From the NCBI RefSeq assembly GCF_000698785.1, contig NZ_CP007536.1, forward strand, positions 990,001 to 1,022,000: a DNA stretch of 32,000 nt. Reading direction: 5' to 3'. This document shows, in pieces, positions 16,411 to 26,027 of the stretch. The DNA is from Nitrososphaera viennensis EN76 (GTDB taxonomy: Archaea; Thermoproteota; Nitrososphaeria; Nitrososphaerales; Nitrososphaeraceae). The position numbers were made by a program, and so were the translations under genes. Below the pieces are notes generated by a model. The model was not told the DNA's origin and made no database searches. It saw only the letters and a list, made by a program, of their open reading frames with translations. How positions within the stretch are numbered: position 1 is the first letter of the stretch; every line of letters starts with the position of its first letter.

Positions 16411-17693
16411 AGCAGCAGCGACGCGGCGTCCACCCGTCAAAGGACATCACGGGCTCTGACGGGAGCGAGCTTGAAGGCAAAAAAATAGTCCTGTGCATAA
16501 CGGGAAGCGTGGCCGCGTACCGCGCAATAGACCTTGCGCGCCTATTGATGCGCCACGGGGCCGACGTGCACGCAGTCATGAGCGAGGCCACAGCGTCGAC
16601 GCTTTTGCACCCGGAGATGATGAAGTGGGCAACGGGAAACGAGGTTGTTTCAAGACTCACTGGAAACCTTGAGCACATTGCGCTTGCGGACTATGGCATG
16701 TCCGACCTTGTGGTAGTGTACCCGTGCACCGCAAACACGATGGGCAAGATGGCAGCAGGAATCGACGACACGCCGGTGACGTCCGTCCTGAGCGTCGCGC
16801 TTGGCTCGAAAATCCCGGTAATCGTCGCCCCTGCGATGCACGAGGCCATGTACGAAAACAGGTTCATCCAGCAGAACGTGAAAAAGCTGCAAGAGTGCGG
16901 CATCATGTTTGTCGGCCCGAACATGGAAGAGGGCAAGGCCAAGGCTGCAGAGCCAGAACAGGTGCTTGCGTCCGCGATAGGCGCGCTTGCTGCCAAGGGG
17001 CCGCTTGCAGGCAAGCGCGTGCTTGTCACTGCGGGAAGCACTGTCGAGTACATTGACCCCATCCGCGTCATCACCAACACCAGCTCTGGCAAGATGGGCG
17101 TCGCAATAGCAAGGGAGGCAGAGAAGATGGGCGCCAAGGTGACGCTTGTGTACGGCCACGGCACGGAAGAAGAGCCTGATGATGTCGCAAGGGTTGTCAG
17201 GGTAGACACGAGCGCGCAGATGCGCGGCGCGGTTGTTGCAGAGCTGCTAAAGAAAGAAGAAAAATGCGACGTTGCGATAATGGCGGCCGCAGTGTCAGAC
17301 TATGCGCCTTCTTCAGCTTCTGCGAAAAAAATAGACACGAGAAACGGCAGCAGGCTGGACCTCTCGCTCGTGGCCACAAAGAAAATAGTCGACGAGGTCA
17401 AGAAGGCAAGCAAGGACACTTTTCTTGTCGCGTTCAAGGCAGATTACGGCGCTTCGGACTCTACCCTTGTGGACAAGGCGTACAAAAAGCTGCAAGAGTG
17501 CGGGGCGGACCTTGTAGTGGCAAACGACATTGGCCGCGACGGCTCAAAAGCTGGCTCTGACAGGAACGAAGTGTTTATCGTCGATGCAAGGAAAAAGGTT
17601 GTGCATGTGCCACTCGACGACAAATCAAAGATCGCAAGGAAATTGCTGGAGCTTGTCTCTGAATCTATAAACGGCAGCAAGGCCGGCAAGTGA
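16407..17693 (+). CDS. coaBC: Bifunctional phosphopantothenoylcysteine decarboxylase / phosphopantothenate-cysteine ligase
   Basis: The N-terminal flavoprotein domain has GKKIVLCITGSVAAYRA..L.R.L...GA.V..VMS and PCTANT..K.A.G. The C-terminal CoaB domain has VTAG.T.E.IDPIR.ITN.SSGKMG and AAAV.DY. ATGA overlap with the panB stop. Confidence 0.92.
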   Translation: MKQQRRGVHPSKDITGSDGSELEGKKIVLCITGSVAAYRAIDLARLLMRHGADVHAVMSEATASTLLHPEMMKWATGNEVVSRLTGNLEHIALADYGMSDLVVVYPCTANTMGKMAAGIDDTPVTSVLSVALGSKIPVIVAPAMHEAMYENRFIQQNVKKLQECGIMFVGPNMEEGKAKAAEPEQVLASAIGALAAKGPLAGKRVLVTAGSTVEYIDPIRVITNTSSGKMGVAIAREAEKMGAKVTLVYGHGTEEEPDDVARVVRVDTSAQMRGAVVAELLKKEEKCDVAIMAAAVSDYAPSSASAKKIDTRNGSRLDLSLVATKKIVDEVKKASKDTFLVAFKADYGASDSTLVDKAYKKLQECGADLVVANDIGRDGSKAGSDRNEVFIVDARKKVVHVPLDDKSKIARKLLELVSESINGSKAGK

Positions 17694-18734
17694 GCCTGCA
17701 AGCGCCAGCGCTGCGGCCGGGAATTCGGGGATCACCTGCACCGCGCCCGTGGCAAACTCGACTGATTCGGCGTTGCAGCTGGCAGTAAAGTCGTCGCTTC
17801 CTGCGTCGTGGTTTGTCTGTATCTCAAAGCCAGCGCTTTTTCCCGGCGCAATCGTGCTTGGCTTTGAATAATCGAACACAGAATCCACAGCTGCCCCCTG
17901 CGCGTCGTAGACCACGCAGGCTATTTTGACCTGCGTGGCGTCCCGCTCGACGCTGTTGTTGTAGACGGTCCCCGAGATCACGCCCCTGCCCGGCTGCGGC
18001 TCTACCACCAGCTGCAGCGCGTCCTGCTTTGCAGAAGAAGCGGTATTGTACGAAATCACCCGGACTGAATATTCTTTGTCGCGCAGGTTGCCGTTGTCGT
18101 CGCCAAGCAGGAGGCTAAAGCCGGAGGTCATGTGGGGCATCAATATCCCCATCGTGGTGTAGATACGCTCCTCCCGGAACAGCCTGTCGCCATCGAAAAA
18201 GTTGACGTCGATTGCCACGCGTTCAAGCGGCACGTTGCCGGCGTTCTGCACTTCGCCTACCAGGTTGGCATCGCCCTGATAGTCCACATACCGGCCTGTC
18301 GAGAGCACGGCGACGTCCCTTTCTGTGACGTAAAGCCTTGTCGCGGCTTTTTCCTCGCCGTTGACGTAGAGCCGGGCGGTGTAGGCCCCAGCTTTTAGCG
18401 TGCCGATGTCCTGCTCAAGCAGGTGCCTCTTCAACACCTGTGCGCAGATTGTTTCCGGCGCAGGCGGCGTGACCTTGACGCTTATCGATATGTCGCTTTC
18501 TGATTTTTCAAAATCCTGCATCTCCACGCCATAGCAGGGAGTGGGAGTAGTCAGAGACACCTTTGCAGTCACCAGGCTTTTCTCGGTTGGCACTTCGGGA
18601 TAAAACCATAGCCGTTCTTCAAAAGACTGCGCGCTGGCAGGAAGCGTAATAGCTGCTGTCATCATGCCTGCGACGATGACAATAACAGCAACAAGCGCGG
18701 CGACTGCCAGGGCGGCCTTCATATACCAATCCAT
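17625..18734 (-). CDS. Secreted/surface protein with an N-terminal signal anchor, two FxLYD-like beta domains and a C-terminal PEF-CTERM sorting signal
   Basis: N-terminus MKAALAVAALVAVIVIVAG. C-terminus VIPEFPAAALALAGSLAGLAAVYRFRDK (PEF, hydrophobic helix, basic residues). Internal repeats VGEVQNAGNVPLERVAIDVNFFDGD and ISGTVYNNSVERDATQVKIACVVYDAQG. The 3' end overlaps coaBC by 69 nt (convergent). Confidence 0.65.
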   Translation of the reverse strand: MDWYMKAALAVAALVAVIVIVAGMMTAAITLPASAQSFEERLWFYPEVPTEKSLVTAKVSLTTPTPCYGVEMQDFEKSESDISISVKVTPPAPETICAQVLKRHLLEQDIGTLKAGAYTARLYVNGEEKAATRLYVTERDVAVLSTGRYVDYQGDANLVGEVQNAGNVPLERVAIDVNFFDGDRLFREERIYTTMGILMPHMTSGFSLLLGDDNGNLRDKEYSVRVISYNTASSAKQDALQLVVEPQPGRGVISGTVYNNSVERDATQVKIACVVYDAQGAAVDSVFDYSKPSTIAPGKSAGFEIQTNHDAGSDDFTASCNAESVEFATGAVQVIPEFPAAALALAGSLAGLAAVYRFRDKLQQFPCDL

Positions 18735-18772
18735 AATCTGCAGGGCAGCTTCTTTACCGTTGTGATGCCGGC

Positions 18773-19852
18773 CTACAGTACCACCAGGTCTTTGGTGAAC
18801 CTGTTTAGCACCTTGGGCTTTCCGCCGGTGACAAGTATGCTGTCCTCTATCCTGACCCCGAACTTGCCTTCAAGGTAGATTCCCGGCTCGACTGTCACCG
18901 CCATGTTCTTTTGCAGCACCTCCTCGTTTGTCGCGCGCACCCAGGGAGGCTCGTGCACGTCAAGGCCGATGCCGTGGCCGGTAGAGTGTATGAACTGCTT
19001 TTCATAGCCGCGCTCTCTTATCAAATCCCTGCACGCCGCGTCGACCTGGCCGCACGTGGCGCCCGCCACCGCGGCGTCAAGGCCGGCCTTTTGCGACTCT
19101 TGCACTATTTCATAGACGCGTACCATCTCTGCCGTCGGCTTGCCGAGGGCAAACGTGCGCGTCGCATCCGCAATGTATCCCTGGTGGCGGAGCGTCAGGT
19201 CGACTACTATCATGTCCTTGCTGCGAAACTTGCGGCCGGTCACCTCGGCGTGCGGAAGCGCGCCGTTTGGCCCGCCTGCGATTATCAGCGGGTTCAGCGT
19301 GGACTTGTACGAGGGCGGGTTTGCGCCCATCTTCAGCCCCTCGTAGACAAGTTTTGCCTGGAGGTCGCGCTCTGTCATGCCTGCCTTTATCTCGTCTGCA
19401 CAGACTTTGTACAGCCTGTCAAGTATGCGCGACGCTTTTGCTATCACCTCCATCTCGGCCTCGTCCTTTATCCTGCGCGTGAGAAAGAACGGCTCTGTGT
19501 CGACAACGACGTTCCCCTGCAGCCTTCTCACGTGCTCGACTGTACTGTAGTCGCTGCAGTCGGTGCACGCCTGCTTGTTCTTTATCTGTGAAACAAAAGT
19601 CGCCAAGAGCTCGCTTCCCCTCTCTGTCGGGACGACCTCGCAGTCTATCGACGACTGCTGGGCGCGCGAGTATTCCAGCTTGGGCGCCACGAGTTTCGTG
19701 CCATTGTCGGTGCATACCGCGATAGCTTCTCCCCAAAAGCCGGTGAGGTAGAACACGTTTTCCGGCTCAAACGCCGCCACTGCGTTGCAGCCGGCCTTTG
19801 CGGCATGCTGCAAGAGGCGCGACCTGCGCTCTTTCATCATCATCATAATCAT
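18773..19852 (-). CDS. pepQ: M24-family Xaa-Pro dipeptidase/aminopeptidase
   Basis: DLTLRHQGYIADATRTF, HSTGHGIGLDVHE.P and TVEPGIY....G.RIED are M24B metal-ligand motifs. The N-terminus MIMMMMK offers several ATG starts. Confidence 0.88.
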   Translation of the reverse strand: MIMMMMKERRSRLLQHAAKAGCNAVAAFEPENVFYLTGFWGEAIAVCTDNGTKLVAPKLEYSRAQQSSIDCEVVPTERGSELLATFVSQIKNKQACTDCSDYSTVEHVRRLQGNVVVDTEPFFLTRRIKDEAEMEVIAKASRILDRLYKVCADEIKAGMTERDLQAKLVYEGLKMGANPPSYKSTLNPLIIAGGPNGALPHAEVTGRKFRSKDMIVVDLTLRHQGYIADATRTFALGKPTAEMVRVYEIVQESQKAGLDAAVAGATCGQVDAACRDLIRERGYEKQFIHSTGHGIGLDVHEPPWVRATNEEVLQKNMAVTVEPGIYLEGKFGVRIEDSILVTGGKPKVLNRFTKDLVVL

Positions 19853-19878
19853 ATATACACTTCAGATTGAAAGCCCGG

Positions 19879-19889
19879 TTTTTATAAAA
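19879..19889 (-). promoter_or_regulatory. TATA box (TTTTATAAAAA, near-palindromic) for pepQ
   Basis: Lies 27-37 nt upstream of the ATG cluster at 19852-19838. Confidence 0.4.
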
Positions 19890-19993
19890 TGTTGTTGCCA
19901 AGGCGAATATTCTGGTGCGGGCGAGGCTCTTTATTTTTTCACCTGCTCCACCATCAGCAGCAGCATCGATGCTGTGGCAGCAGAATGATGATC

Positions 19994-22252
19994 CTAGGCC
20001 GATCCAGCATAAGCTGCCCCAGTGGCTCTCGACGACATCGGCATCCCGAATTTCTCTGCGATGTTCTTGTACATGTCCAGCTCCTGCGAGGACAGGGGCC
20101 TTACCTTTTTCATCGCGTCCCTGAAATGCTGCATTTTTACTTTCAGGTCCTTGGCATGGCTTTCTGCTTCCTTGGCGTCATCGCTGTATTTTGCAATGTG
20201 CTCACGCAGAGCCAGCATCACGGCGGCAGACGCGACCGACGCAATGTCTGCGCCGGTGTAGCCTTCCATGTCCCCTGCAAGCTTCCCGATGTCTACGTCC
20301 TTGTCAAGCGGCTTTTTCTTTGTGTGGATTTTGAGTATCTGCAGCCTCGACTCCTTGTCAGGGGGCGGGACGTACAGCAGCCTGTCAAACCTGCCGGGCC
20401 TGAGGAGCGCAGGGTCCATGATGTCCGGCCGGTTTGTAGCGGCTATCACCACGACGTTTGTCAGTATCTCGAGGCCGTCAAGCTCTGTCAGCATCTGGCT
20501 TATCACCCTCTCTGTTACGTGCGAGTCGCCAAAACTCCCTCCCCGGACAGGAGCTATGGCGTCTATCTCGTCAAAGAATATGATGCAAGGCGCCGCCTGC
20601 CTTGCCTTTCTAAATATCTCCCTGACGCCTTTTTCGGACTCGCCGACCCACTTGCTCAAAAGCTCCGGCCCCTTTATGCTGATAAAATTGGCCTCGCTTT
20701 CGTTTGCGGCCGCCTTGGCAAGGAGCGTCTTGCCGGTGCCCGGAGGCCCGTACAGGAGGATGCCTTTTGGAGGGGTTGCATCAGAATAGGAAAACAGCCC
20801 CTGGTACTTTAGCGGCCATTCCACGGCTTCGCGGAGCTCCTGCTTTACGCCTTGCAGGCCGCCCACGTCGGCCCACTGGACGTCCGGGACTTCAACAAAC
20901 ACCTCCCTCATTGCAGAGGGCTCCATCTCCTTTACCACGTCCATGAAATCTTGCATCTTTACAATAATCTTGTTCAGTGTTTCGCCGGGGATGCTTTCCG
21001 CAGACACGTCGATCTCTGGAAGGACGCGCCGCAGCGCGCGCATCGCGGCTTCCTTTGCAAGCGCCTGCAGGTCGGCCCCGACAAAGCCGTGCGAGATGTC
21101 TGCTAGCTTTTCCAGGTTCACGTCCTTGTCAAGGGGCATCCCCCTCGTGTGGATCTGCAGAACTTCCAGCCTGCCGTCCCTGTCTGGCACCCCGATCTCT
21201 ATTTCGCGGTCAAACCTGCCCGGCCTTCTGAGCGCGGGGTCGATCGCGTTTATCCTGTTGGTGGCGCCGATTACGACCACCTTGCCCCTTGCATTCAGCC
21301 CGTCCATCAGCGACAGAAGTTGCGCCACCACCCTGCGCTCGACCTCGCCGCTGACCTCCTCCCTTTTTGGTGCGATAGAGTCCAGCTCGTCTATGAAGAT
21401 TATTGACGGCGCGTTCTTTTGCGCCTCCTCAAAGATGTTGCGCAGCCTCTCCTCGCTTTCGCCGTAGTACTTGCTCATGATCTCCGGCCCGCCTATCGAG
21501 TAAAAGTTGGCCTGGGTCTCGTTGGCCACCGCTTTTGCAAGCAATGTTTTACCAGTGCCGGGCGGGCCGTGCAGTATGACGCCCTTTGGCGCCTCGACTC
21601 CAAGCCTCCTGAAAAGCTCCGGGTGGCGCAGGGGGAGCTCTATCATCTCCCTTACTTTTGTCACCTCGTCCCTCAGGCCGCCAATGTCCTCGTACGTGAT
21701 GGCAGGGATTCCGGCTTCTTTTGCTGCTGCAGCCGCGTTGGCGCTTTCCTCGGACACCGACACCTCCGTCGAAGGCTCGATTATGACAGGCCCGGACGGG
21801 CTTGTAGAGATGACGACCAGGTCGACCCTCTGCCCCATGATGGTGAGCGGAATAGTGTCCCCCTTTGTGACGAGCTGTCCCTGCAAGAACCCTGCGAGAT
21901 AGTCTTCTGCGCCCAGGATGCGCAGGGGCTCCGTGGGAGCCAGGGCAACGCTCTGCGCCGGCTTTGCCTCCACCTTTCGAATGTCCACGGTGTCGCCGAT
22001 GCCAATCCCGAGCTTGTTTCTGGCATAGCCGTCAATTCTTATCAGCTCTTTTCCGTTGTCCCTCTGGTACGCAGGCCAGTTGAGGACGGTGGTCTTTCTC
22101 TTGCTGGCAGGCGATATGATTTCCAATGCGTCGCCGGTCGTTATGTCAAGCCTTGCGGCCACCTTGGGGTCTATCCTTGCGATCCTCCTTCCGACGTCCC
22201 GCGCGTCTGCCTCTGCCACCTTCAGGCTTGCTTTGTTGTTGGCTGACGACAT
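19994..22252 (-). CDS. cdc48: CDC48/VCP-type AAA+ ATPase (two AAA domains plus N-domain)
   Basis: 752-aa ORF with two Walker A motifs ([13 protein letters not shown] twice) and two Walker B motifs ([16 protein letters not shown]). The N-terminal double-psi-barrel region reads LKVAEA...DVGR.IARID. Confidence 0.95.
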   Translation of the reverse strand: MSSANNKASLKVAEADARDVGRRIARIDPKVAARLDITTGDALEIISPASKRKTTVLNWPAYQRDNGKELIRIDGYARNKLGIGIGDTVDIRKVEAKPAQSVALAPTEPLRILGAEDYLAGFLQGQLVTKGDTIPLTIMGQRVDLVVISTSPSGPVIIEPSTEVSVSEESANAAAAAKEAGIPAITYEDIGGLRDEVTKVREMIELPLRHPELFRRLGVEAPKGVILHGPPGTGKTLLAKAVANETQANFYSIGGPEIMSKYYGESEERLRNIFEEAQKNAPSIIFIDELDSIAPKREEVSGEVERRVVAQLLSLMDGLNARGKVVVIGATNRINAIDPALRRPGRFDREIEIGVPDRDGRLEVLQIHTRGMPLDKDVNLEKLADISHGFVGADLQALAKEAAMRALRRVLPEIDVSAESIPGETLNKIIVKMQDFMDVVKEMEPSAMREVFVEVPDVQWADVGGLQGVKQELREAVEWPLKYQGLFSYSDATPPKGILLYGPPGTGKTLLAKAAANESEANFISIKGPELLSKWVGESEKGVREIFRKARQAAPCIIFFDEIDAIAPVRGGSFGDSHVTERVISQMLTELDGLEILTNVVVIAATNRPDIMDPALLRPGRFDRLLYVPPPDKESRLQILKIHTKKKPLDKDVDIGKLAGDMEGYTGADIASVASAAVMLALREHIAKYSDDAKEAESHAKDLKVKMQHFRDAMKKVRPLSSQELDMYKNIAEKFGMPMSSRATGAAYAGSA

Positions 22253-22454
22253 GAACTAGCTGCCACTAACTCCTAGAACAACAACTTTGCAAACAACATG
22301 CTTTTTGTTGCTGGTCACAAGGTTACCTTTGGCGTTTCTTTTTCTTATGAGTTATGATTTCCGGCGTATTGTTTCCTGTTCTATTATTTTTATTGCTTCT
22401 TCTAGGTGCATCAGGAAGCGCTGCAGTCATTAGCCCGTCTTGCGCTTTTCAAGG

Positions 22455-22988
22455 ATGCATATGCAAAGGAAAGTAAAGTTGTTCATTGCCCCAAGCCTTG
22501 ACTGTTACATTGCAAGGAGCGACGGGAGCGTCGACTGGCTGTTCACCGACGGCGACTATGGCTATGCAAAGTTTTACGATTCAATCGACACCGTCATCAT
22601 GGGTAGAGAGACCTACGAAACCGTGCTGAAACTTGAAGAGCACCCGTACAAGGACAAGAAATGCTACGTGTTTACAAGAAACCCGGGTGAGAAATATCGC
22701 AACGTGGAATTTGTCTCTGACGTCGTCGGCGTTACAGAAAGCCTTGTCCGTTCTACAGAAGGCAAGGACATCTGGCTTGAGGGAGGCGGCGAGATAAACT
22801 CCATCCTGCTTGACGCCGGCCTGATACACGAGATAATCGTATCAGTCCACCCGATAATCCTTGGCAGTGGCATACCTATGTTCAACAACGGCATCAAGCA
22901 GGCGGACATGAAGCTTGTCGACCTCGTCAGGTACGACAACGGGCTTGTGCAGATGCACTACCAGCTACTAGATGCCTTGTTGATTTAA
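22455..22988 (+). CDS. Dihydrofolate-reductase-family protein (RibD C-terminal domain type)
   Basis: KLFIAPSLDCYIARSDGSVDWL, DTVIMGRETYE and IWLEGGGEINS.LLDAGLI.EI.VSVHPIILG.GIP.F. Start ATG at 22455 or 22461 is more plausible than the TTG at 22440 in the track. Confidence 0.75.
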   Translation: MHMQRKVKLFIAPSLDCYIARSDGSVDWLFTDGDYGYAKFYDSIDTVIMGRETYETVLKLEEHPYKDKKCYVFTRNPGEKYRNVEFVSDVVGVTESLVRSTEGKDIWLEGGGEINSILLDAGLIHEIIVSVHPIILGSGIPMFNNGIKQADMKLVDLVRYDNGLVQMHYQLLDALLI

Positions 22989-23018
22989 ATATCGGCCAGC
23001 GCGCCATTCCACCCGCTC

Positions 23019-24164
23019 ATGGAATACCTCGTTATGCTTCCCGGTCCTACAAACGTGCCCAACAGGGTGATGAACGCCATGCTTGCGCCTGTGATAAACC
23101 ACAGGAGTGACGATTTTCGCGTGCTGTACAAGGAGATATTCGAAAAGACCCAGAAGGTCTTCCAGACCACCGGCGACATCGTGCTTCTCACGACGTCTGG
23201 CACCGGCGCGGTCGAGGCCTCTGTCGTCAACCTCATAAAAAAGGGCGACAAGGCAGTCATCCCGGTCAACGGCGAGTTCTCCACGAGGCTTGCAGACCTC
23301 ATCGACAGCTGGGGCGGGCAGGCCATCAGGATAAAGGCGCCCTTTGGCGAGAACCCGCCGTATGAAGAGTTTGAGAAAGCCTTTGACCAGCACAAGGACA
23401 TCAAGGCGCTGTACGCGGTCTACAACGAGACGTCGACAGGAACCACCGTCCGCTACATGGACAAGCTGGGCGAGCTTGCGTCACGCAAGGGCGCGTTCTT
23501 TGTCGCCGACTCGGTTTCAATCCTCGGAGGCGACGAGCTCCCGGTGGACAAGTGGAACATCGACGTCTGCGTGACCGCTTCGCAAAAGGCGCTTGCAGCT
23601 CCTCCTGGCGTCTCGCCGGTGTCGGTGAGCGCAAGGGCCAAGAAATACATGCAGGAAAACCCGCCGCCCACGGCCTACCTGAACCTGAAGCGCTACTTCA
23701 AGTACCAGGAAGAGCACTTTGAGACGCCGTTCACGCCGGCATTGCCACTGTACTACGCGTTCCGCGAGGCGCTTGACATGATACTTGAAGAAGGCATGGA
23801 GAACAGGATAAGGCGCCACAGGATATGCGCCGACGCCTTTTACGCCGGCCTCAACGCGATGGGCCTGACCCCGTTTGCCAAGCCGGACGCAAGGAGCAAC
23901 GTCGTCATTGCAGTCAACTACTTGCCGGGAATGGACGACAAGAAATTCCGCGGCCTGCTCGGCGAGCAGTTCAAGGTGCTGGTAGCCGGCGGCTTTGGCG
24001 ACCTGAAGGGCAAGGTGTTCAGGGTCGGCTGCATGGGCGAGGTGCACAGGTACCACGTCATGAGGACGCTGTCGTCAATCGCGTCTGCGATGAACATGAT
24101 AGGCGTCAAGGCAAACCCGGAAGCAACATCGGTCGCGCTGGACAGGCTCAAGGCTCTCAACTAG
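23019..24164 (+). CDS. Class V PLP aminotransferase (serine/alanine-glyoxylate or archaeal phosphoserine aminotransferase type)
   Basis: MLPGPTNVP.RV..AM....I.HRS..F, YNETSTG and D.VSILGG.....KW.IDVCVTASQKAL (PLP lysine in SQKA). Confidence 0.88.
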   Translation: MEYLVMLPGPTNVPNRVMNAMLAPVINHRSDDFRVLYKEIFEKTQKVFQTTGDIVLLTTSGTGAVEASVVNLIKKGDKAVIPVNGEFSTRLADLIDSWGGQAIRIKAPFGENPPYEEFEKAFDQHKDIKALYAVYNETSTGTTVRYMDKLGELASRKGAFFVADSVSILGGDELPVDKWNIDVCVTASQKALAAPPGVSPVSVSARAKKYMQENPPPTAYLNLKRYFKYQEEHFETPFTPALPLYYAFREALDMILEEGMENRIRRHRICADAFYAGLNAMGLTPFAKPDARSNVVIAVNYLPGMDDKKFRGLLGEQFKVLVAGGFGDLKGKVFRVGCMGEVHRYHVMRTLSSIASAMNMIGVKANPEATSVALDRLKALN

Positions 24165-24290
24165 AGCCCTCCTCTTTTTACTTCCTACAAATCTATGCAC
24201 TTTGCTAACTTGCCAACAAGTCGCCGATGAATTTTGCTTGACATTGTTCGCTACCGCTAAATTGATAAATTTCAATCCATTAGGAGTGCC

Positions 24291-24737
24291 ATGCCACCCG
24301 GAGTCCAGCTTTCGAAGAGACAGACCATACTTCTAAAACGGTTGGAGCAGCTATGTGAACGAGCAGAGAAGAAAGTACTTCCAGTATATATCGAAGAAAT
24401 TCGGTGATTCGGGAGCATGTTCAGAGCCAAAGAGAATCCGGGGGATCTCGATTTGCTTGTAAAATTTACGCGGCGTGGAGAGCTCCATGGTACATTCAAT
24501 GATCTAATGACGAAGGTGAAGAGATTCCGAGATCAGTTTCCGTCGCCGATAGAAGCCCTTTCAAGTGTAATCGAGGGCGAACTTGGCAAGGAGACCTCCA
24601 TCAAGGTAATGGAAGTATTCGGCGACTGGCTTTCGGGGTACACATGGAATAAGGTGTTCAGTGGCTTCTTTCCAGGCGCATCGTATACTTGGGAAACTGT
24701 AACTAAGAATGTGCTCAAAAGGGGCATCCCCAAGTAA
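24291..24737 (+). pseudogene. Minimal nucleotidyltransferase (Pol-beta superfamily, MNT-like) interrupted by an in-frame TGA at 24405-24407
   Basis: ATG 24291 reads MPPGVQLSKRQTILLKRLEQLCERAEKKVLPVYIEEIR-TGA-FGSMFRAKENPGDLDLLVKF.... The stop falls one residue before the hG[GS]x9Dh[DE]h NTase signature (FGS-x9-DLDLLV). Both parts are in one frame. The track shows only the downstream 24417..24737 part. Confidence 0.6.
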
Positions 24738-24843
24738 GCATAGAGCTGATCGATCTCAACTATACTGTGCATCTAAAAGCGAAATCGCTCGTACTATTGT
24801 GGAGTAGGAAAACCTGGACCTGCATGCTAACATCAACCGGGCA

Positions 24844-25761
24844 TTGTCACCAGAGCATGTTTCTGAATCTATTAGACAAGAAATTCTGAACTTTGACAAG
24901 CAGCTTTTCACCTACGGTTTCGAAGCAAAAGTCACAAAAAGGCTATTCGAAGAGCTTCTAGTAACCGAGATACATGCCAGCGAGCACAATGCTATGGAGA
25001 AATGGCTGCAGGAAAAGGTCGGACAGTTTTATCCAAACCTATCCAAGGGCTCGATAGCAAAGATTGTTTCAAACATATACATGATTCTTCCCGAAGATCC
25101 GGAAATTTGGGGCTCTGTGGAAGGCAACTATGACCACCTTTCACTAGAAGATTCTAAACGAATCGTGGAAGGGAAGCGTTCCGAGGTGGATGCGGTCAGA
25201 AAGGAGTTGGAAGTCTTCAGACAGGCGGTAAAGGAGCTGGCACATTGGAAATCAGACCGGCTCTCAGAGTCACCTTGGATTTCAAAGATTCCGGTTAAGA
25301 AATGGGTTACAAAGCAGTGTCTTGAAAGGATCCCGAAAAAGCTGGTCGATGAACAAGAAATCCGTGAGAATTTGAGAAAATTGGACCTACCCGAAGCTGA
25401 AGTATTGGCTGACAAACGATTTGGAAAAACCACGTATTCAATACCGGAGAATGCAGAGGAAGCCGCGGAAATCAGGAACAGATTCGATAATGTAGAGCTT
25501 CAGCGGAGATATAGGCGCCTGCTTCAGCCCATAGCAAGGGATGTTAACAAAGATTTTTCGGTGGAGATTGAGGTGAAAGATAGAATGCCATCACTGGCGC
25601 GAGTATGGTATCACTATCGTCACTTTGATTCTGAGCTCCCTCCCCAAGTCACTTCAACTCTGGAATGGATTTCTCCCAGCTGCTTATTGCATCCGCAAGA
25701 CCATCATAGGATCGAATCTTTGCGAGCCCTGTTGGAAATTGATTTATGTCCTTTATTTTAA
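24844..25761 (+). CDS. Hypothetical 305-aa protein, no recognisable domain
   Basis: Long ORF in the low-GC block. TTG start only; the first in-frame ATG is ~50 codons in. Charged/helical middle (RSEVDAVRKELEVFRQAVKELAHWK). The last ~110 nt overlap a convergent ORF, so the true 3' end is uncertain. Confidence 0.4.
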   Translation: MSPEHVSESIRQEILNFDKQLFTYGFEAKVTKRLFEELLVTEIHASEHNAMEKWLQEKVGQFYPNLSKGSIAKIVSNIYMILPEDPEIWGSVEGNYDHLSLEDSKRIVEGKRSEVDAVRKELEVFRQAVKELAHWKSDRLSESPWISKIPVKKWVTKQCLERIPKKLVDEQEIRENLRKLDLPEAEVLADKRFGKTTYSIPENAEEAAEIRNRFDNVELQRRYRRLLQPIARDVNKDFSVEIEVKDRMPSLARVWYHYRHFDSELPPQVTSTLEWISPSCLLHPQDHHRIESLRALLEIDLCPLF

Positions 25762-26015
25762 AACCATCTTTTCCAGACTCTATCAGAGAATCCGGATCTT
25801 CCGGAATGTATTTGCCAACGTGACCAACCTGACCTTCGAAAAGCACCTTGGCGATGGCCATTTTTGAAACATACTGATCCTTTGAAGATTTTTTTCTGAG
25901 ATATCAGAATTCGGAGGACAGCCGCCTTCTGGGGCATCAGACGACCTTTTTCGCCGATTAGATAGCCTTCTACGATTCCTCTGAAACTCTCATCATCAAG
26001 ATCCAAAGTATCCAA
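25649..26015 (-). pseudogene. HTH-like small protein split at an A7 homopolymer (plus-strand T7 at 25889-25895)
   Basis: Track ORFs 25758..26015 and 25649..25861 are in different frames. Removing one A gives ...MPQKAAVLRILISQKKSSKDQYVSKMAIAKVLFEGQVGHVGKYIPEDPDSLIESGKDGFKI... (~121 aa), whose middle resembles a winged-HTH recognition region. Confidence 0.4.
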
Positions 26016-26027
26016 TCTATATCATTG

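Noticed and set aside
24405-24407. In-frame TGA in the nucleotidyltransferase read as selenocysteine or programmed readthrough
   Set aside because: The aligned position is a hydrophobic core residue before the G[GS] motif, not a redox Cys/Sec site. I see no SECIS-like hairpin. Archaeal Sec use is known only from a few methanogen and Asgard lineages. A nonsense mutation is the simpler reading.
25390-25413. P-loop pattern ADKRFGKT in the 305-aa orphan protein
   Set aside because: It formally matches [AG]x4GK[ST], but it lacks the preceding hydrophobic beta-strand and any Walker B candidate. It is likely a chance match.
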